DNA of 64,000 bases from Malacoraja senta (taxonomy: Eukaryota): the NCBI GenBank assembly GCA_038087875.1, contig CM075989.1:3534001-3598000 (forward strand), given 5' to 3'. The notes beneath the pieces were generated by a model. It made no database searches, had not been told where the DNA came from, and saw only the letters and a program-made list of their open reading frames with translations. How positions within the stretch are numbered: position 1 is the first letter of the stretch; each line of letters starts with the position of its first letter. A program made the translations under genes and the position numbers. This document shows positions 62,792 through 64,000 of the stretch, in pieces.

Positions 62792-63825
62792 CGGCACGGT
62801 GGCGCAGCGGTAGAGTTGCTGCCTTAAGGGGCTGTCCCACTTGGGTGACCTAATTGGCGAGTTTAGAAGAGTTTAGGAGAGTTTGAAAAAAATGTCATGT
62901 TATAATAATAATAATAATCATTTTATTTACTGGCGCCTTTCTAAAACCCAAGGACACCTTACAATGCATAGAATCACAAAAAAAATACAAAACACATAAT
63001 CGGAATAAATTAAATATAAAAACACCACAGTACACAAATCAAGGACAGAATTCAATTTCAAGAGCACCAAAAGAAAATAAGAAACACAATTTGAGGAGAG
63101 AGCAGCGGCGACCAATTCGCGCCAGCGTCCACTCTCCCCTCCGACCGCCATCTTGTACACGGACTGACAGGCACAGCACACAAAATCATCCCCCCACAAT
63201 GACCACCACTTGTTGAAGACGTCCTTCGACTATGTTCAAGACCAGCTTTGACTAGCTACGACTAACTTCGGGAAAATTGGACACCGAAGAGTGGAGAGTG
63301 AAGACGACCTCCTTCGATCTCCTTCGACCTCTCTTCGACTATGATGAAGACTATCTACGACTACCTTCGACTACCTTCGACTACCCTTGATTACCTACGA
63401 CAAACATGCCGACCTACTACGACCTACTATGACCTATTACGACTAAACCTACGAGTAAAAGAAGTATAATTTTTTTCCATGGCGACCTTTTTTTACTCAT
63501 GGGCATTTTTCAACGTTGAAAAATAAGCCGCAACCTAGCTGAGGCCTCGAGTACGCAGGGACCACTCTCAAGCATGAAGGAGAGTTACGAAGACCTCGTA
63601 CGACCTCGTGTCGACCATGCTGCGAGGGCAAACTCGCCAGAACTCGCGGATTAGGTCGCCCAAGTGGGACAGCCCCTTTACAGCGCCAGACACCTGGATT
63701 CAATCCTGACTACAGGTGCTGTCTGTATGGAGTTTGTACATTCTCTCCGTGACGTGTGTGAGTTTTCTCAGGGAAGCTCTGGTTTCCTCCTACACTCCAA
63801 AGACGTACAGGTTTGTAGGTTTGTG
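62792..63825 (+). mobile_element. V-SINE split by a MITE
   Basis: Head ..GCTGCCTTA at 62792-62826 resumes as TTACAGCGCCAG at 63678. Confidence 0.88.
62827..63677. mobile_element. PIF/Harbinger-type MITE with nested L2-tail element (about 62901-63210, -)
   Basis: TIR AGGGGCTGTCCCACTTGGG / CCCAAGTGGGACAGCCCCT with TTA TSD. Confidence 0.9.
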
Positions 63826-63856
63826 CGACTTGGGTGGGGGAGGGATAGAAAGAGAG

Positions 63857-64000
63857 GGATCCCGACAGTCCTTTCAGGTTAGGCAGAGGTTCTCTTGCAC
63901 CTCCTTAAACCTCATCTACTGTACCCATAGTTCAAGATGTGGACTCTTATACATCGGCGAGACCAAACGTAGACTGGGCGATCATTTCGCTGAACACATT
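63857..64000 (+). pseudogene. Penelope GIY-YIG endonuclease fragment, runs off the window end
   Basis: Open frame GSRQSFQVRQRFSCTSLNLIYCTHSSRCGLLYIGETKRRLGDHFAEHI. Confidence 0.9.

Overview
Vertebrate, non-bacterial DNA. The repeat complement (HE1-type V-SINEs with (CTAAA)n tails, HER1/CR1-type LINEs) points to a cartilaginous fish, probably a skate or ray (inference). The window is dominated by transposable elements: a decayed Ty3/Gypsy (Mag-like) LTR element at 1-3.5 kb, about 30 V-SINE copies, over 20 CR1 fragments, L2 and Rex/Babar 3' ends, Penelope-like (GIY-YIG) remnants, PIF/Harbinger-type MITEs, a fold-back element carrying a THAP exon, and long (CA)n/(TG)n/(GA)n tracts. I found no intact host protein-coding ORF. 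Two non-TE signals stand out. First, a probable + strand promoter in a CpG-rich zone (TATA-like box at 27271, non-coding exon 1 ending at a GTGAGT donor at 27456) is followed by an expanded-spacer REST/RE1 site (31039-31065). Second, a downstream candidate regulated exon (43169-43247) has a 201-nt AG-exclusion zone, RBFOX motifs and a possible 8-nt microexon upstream. Together these suggest the 5' end of an unidentified neuronal gene. The most striking RNA-level signal is a dispersed family of minimal hammerhead-ribozyme motifs in the Penelope pseudo-LTRs, often arranged as inverted pairs. Repeat boundaries are read by eye and approximate unless a TSD or TIR is quoted.
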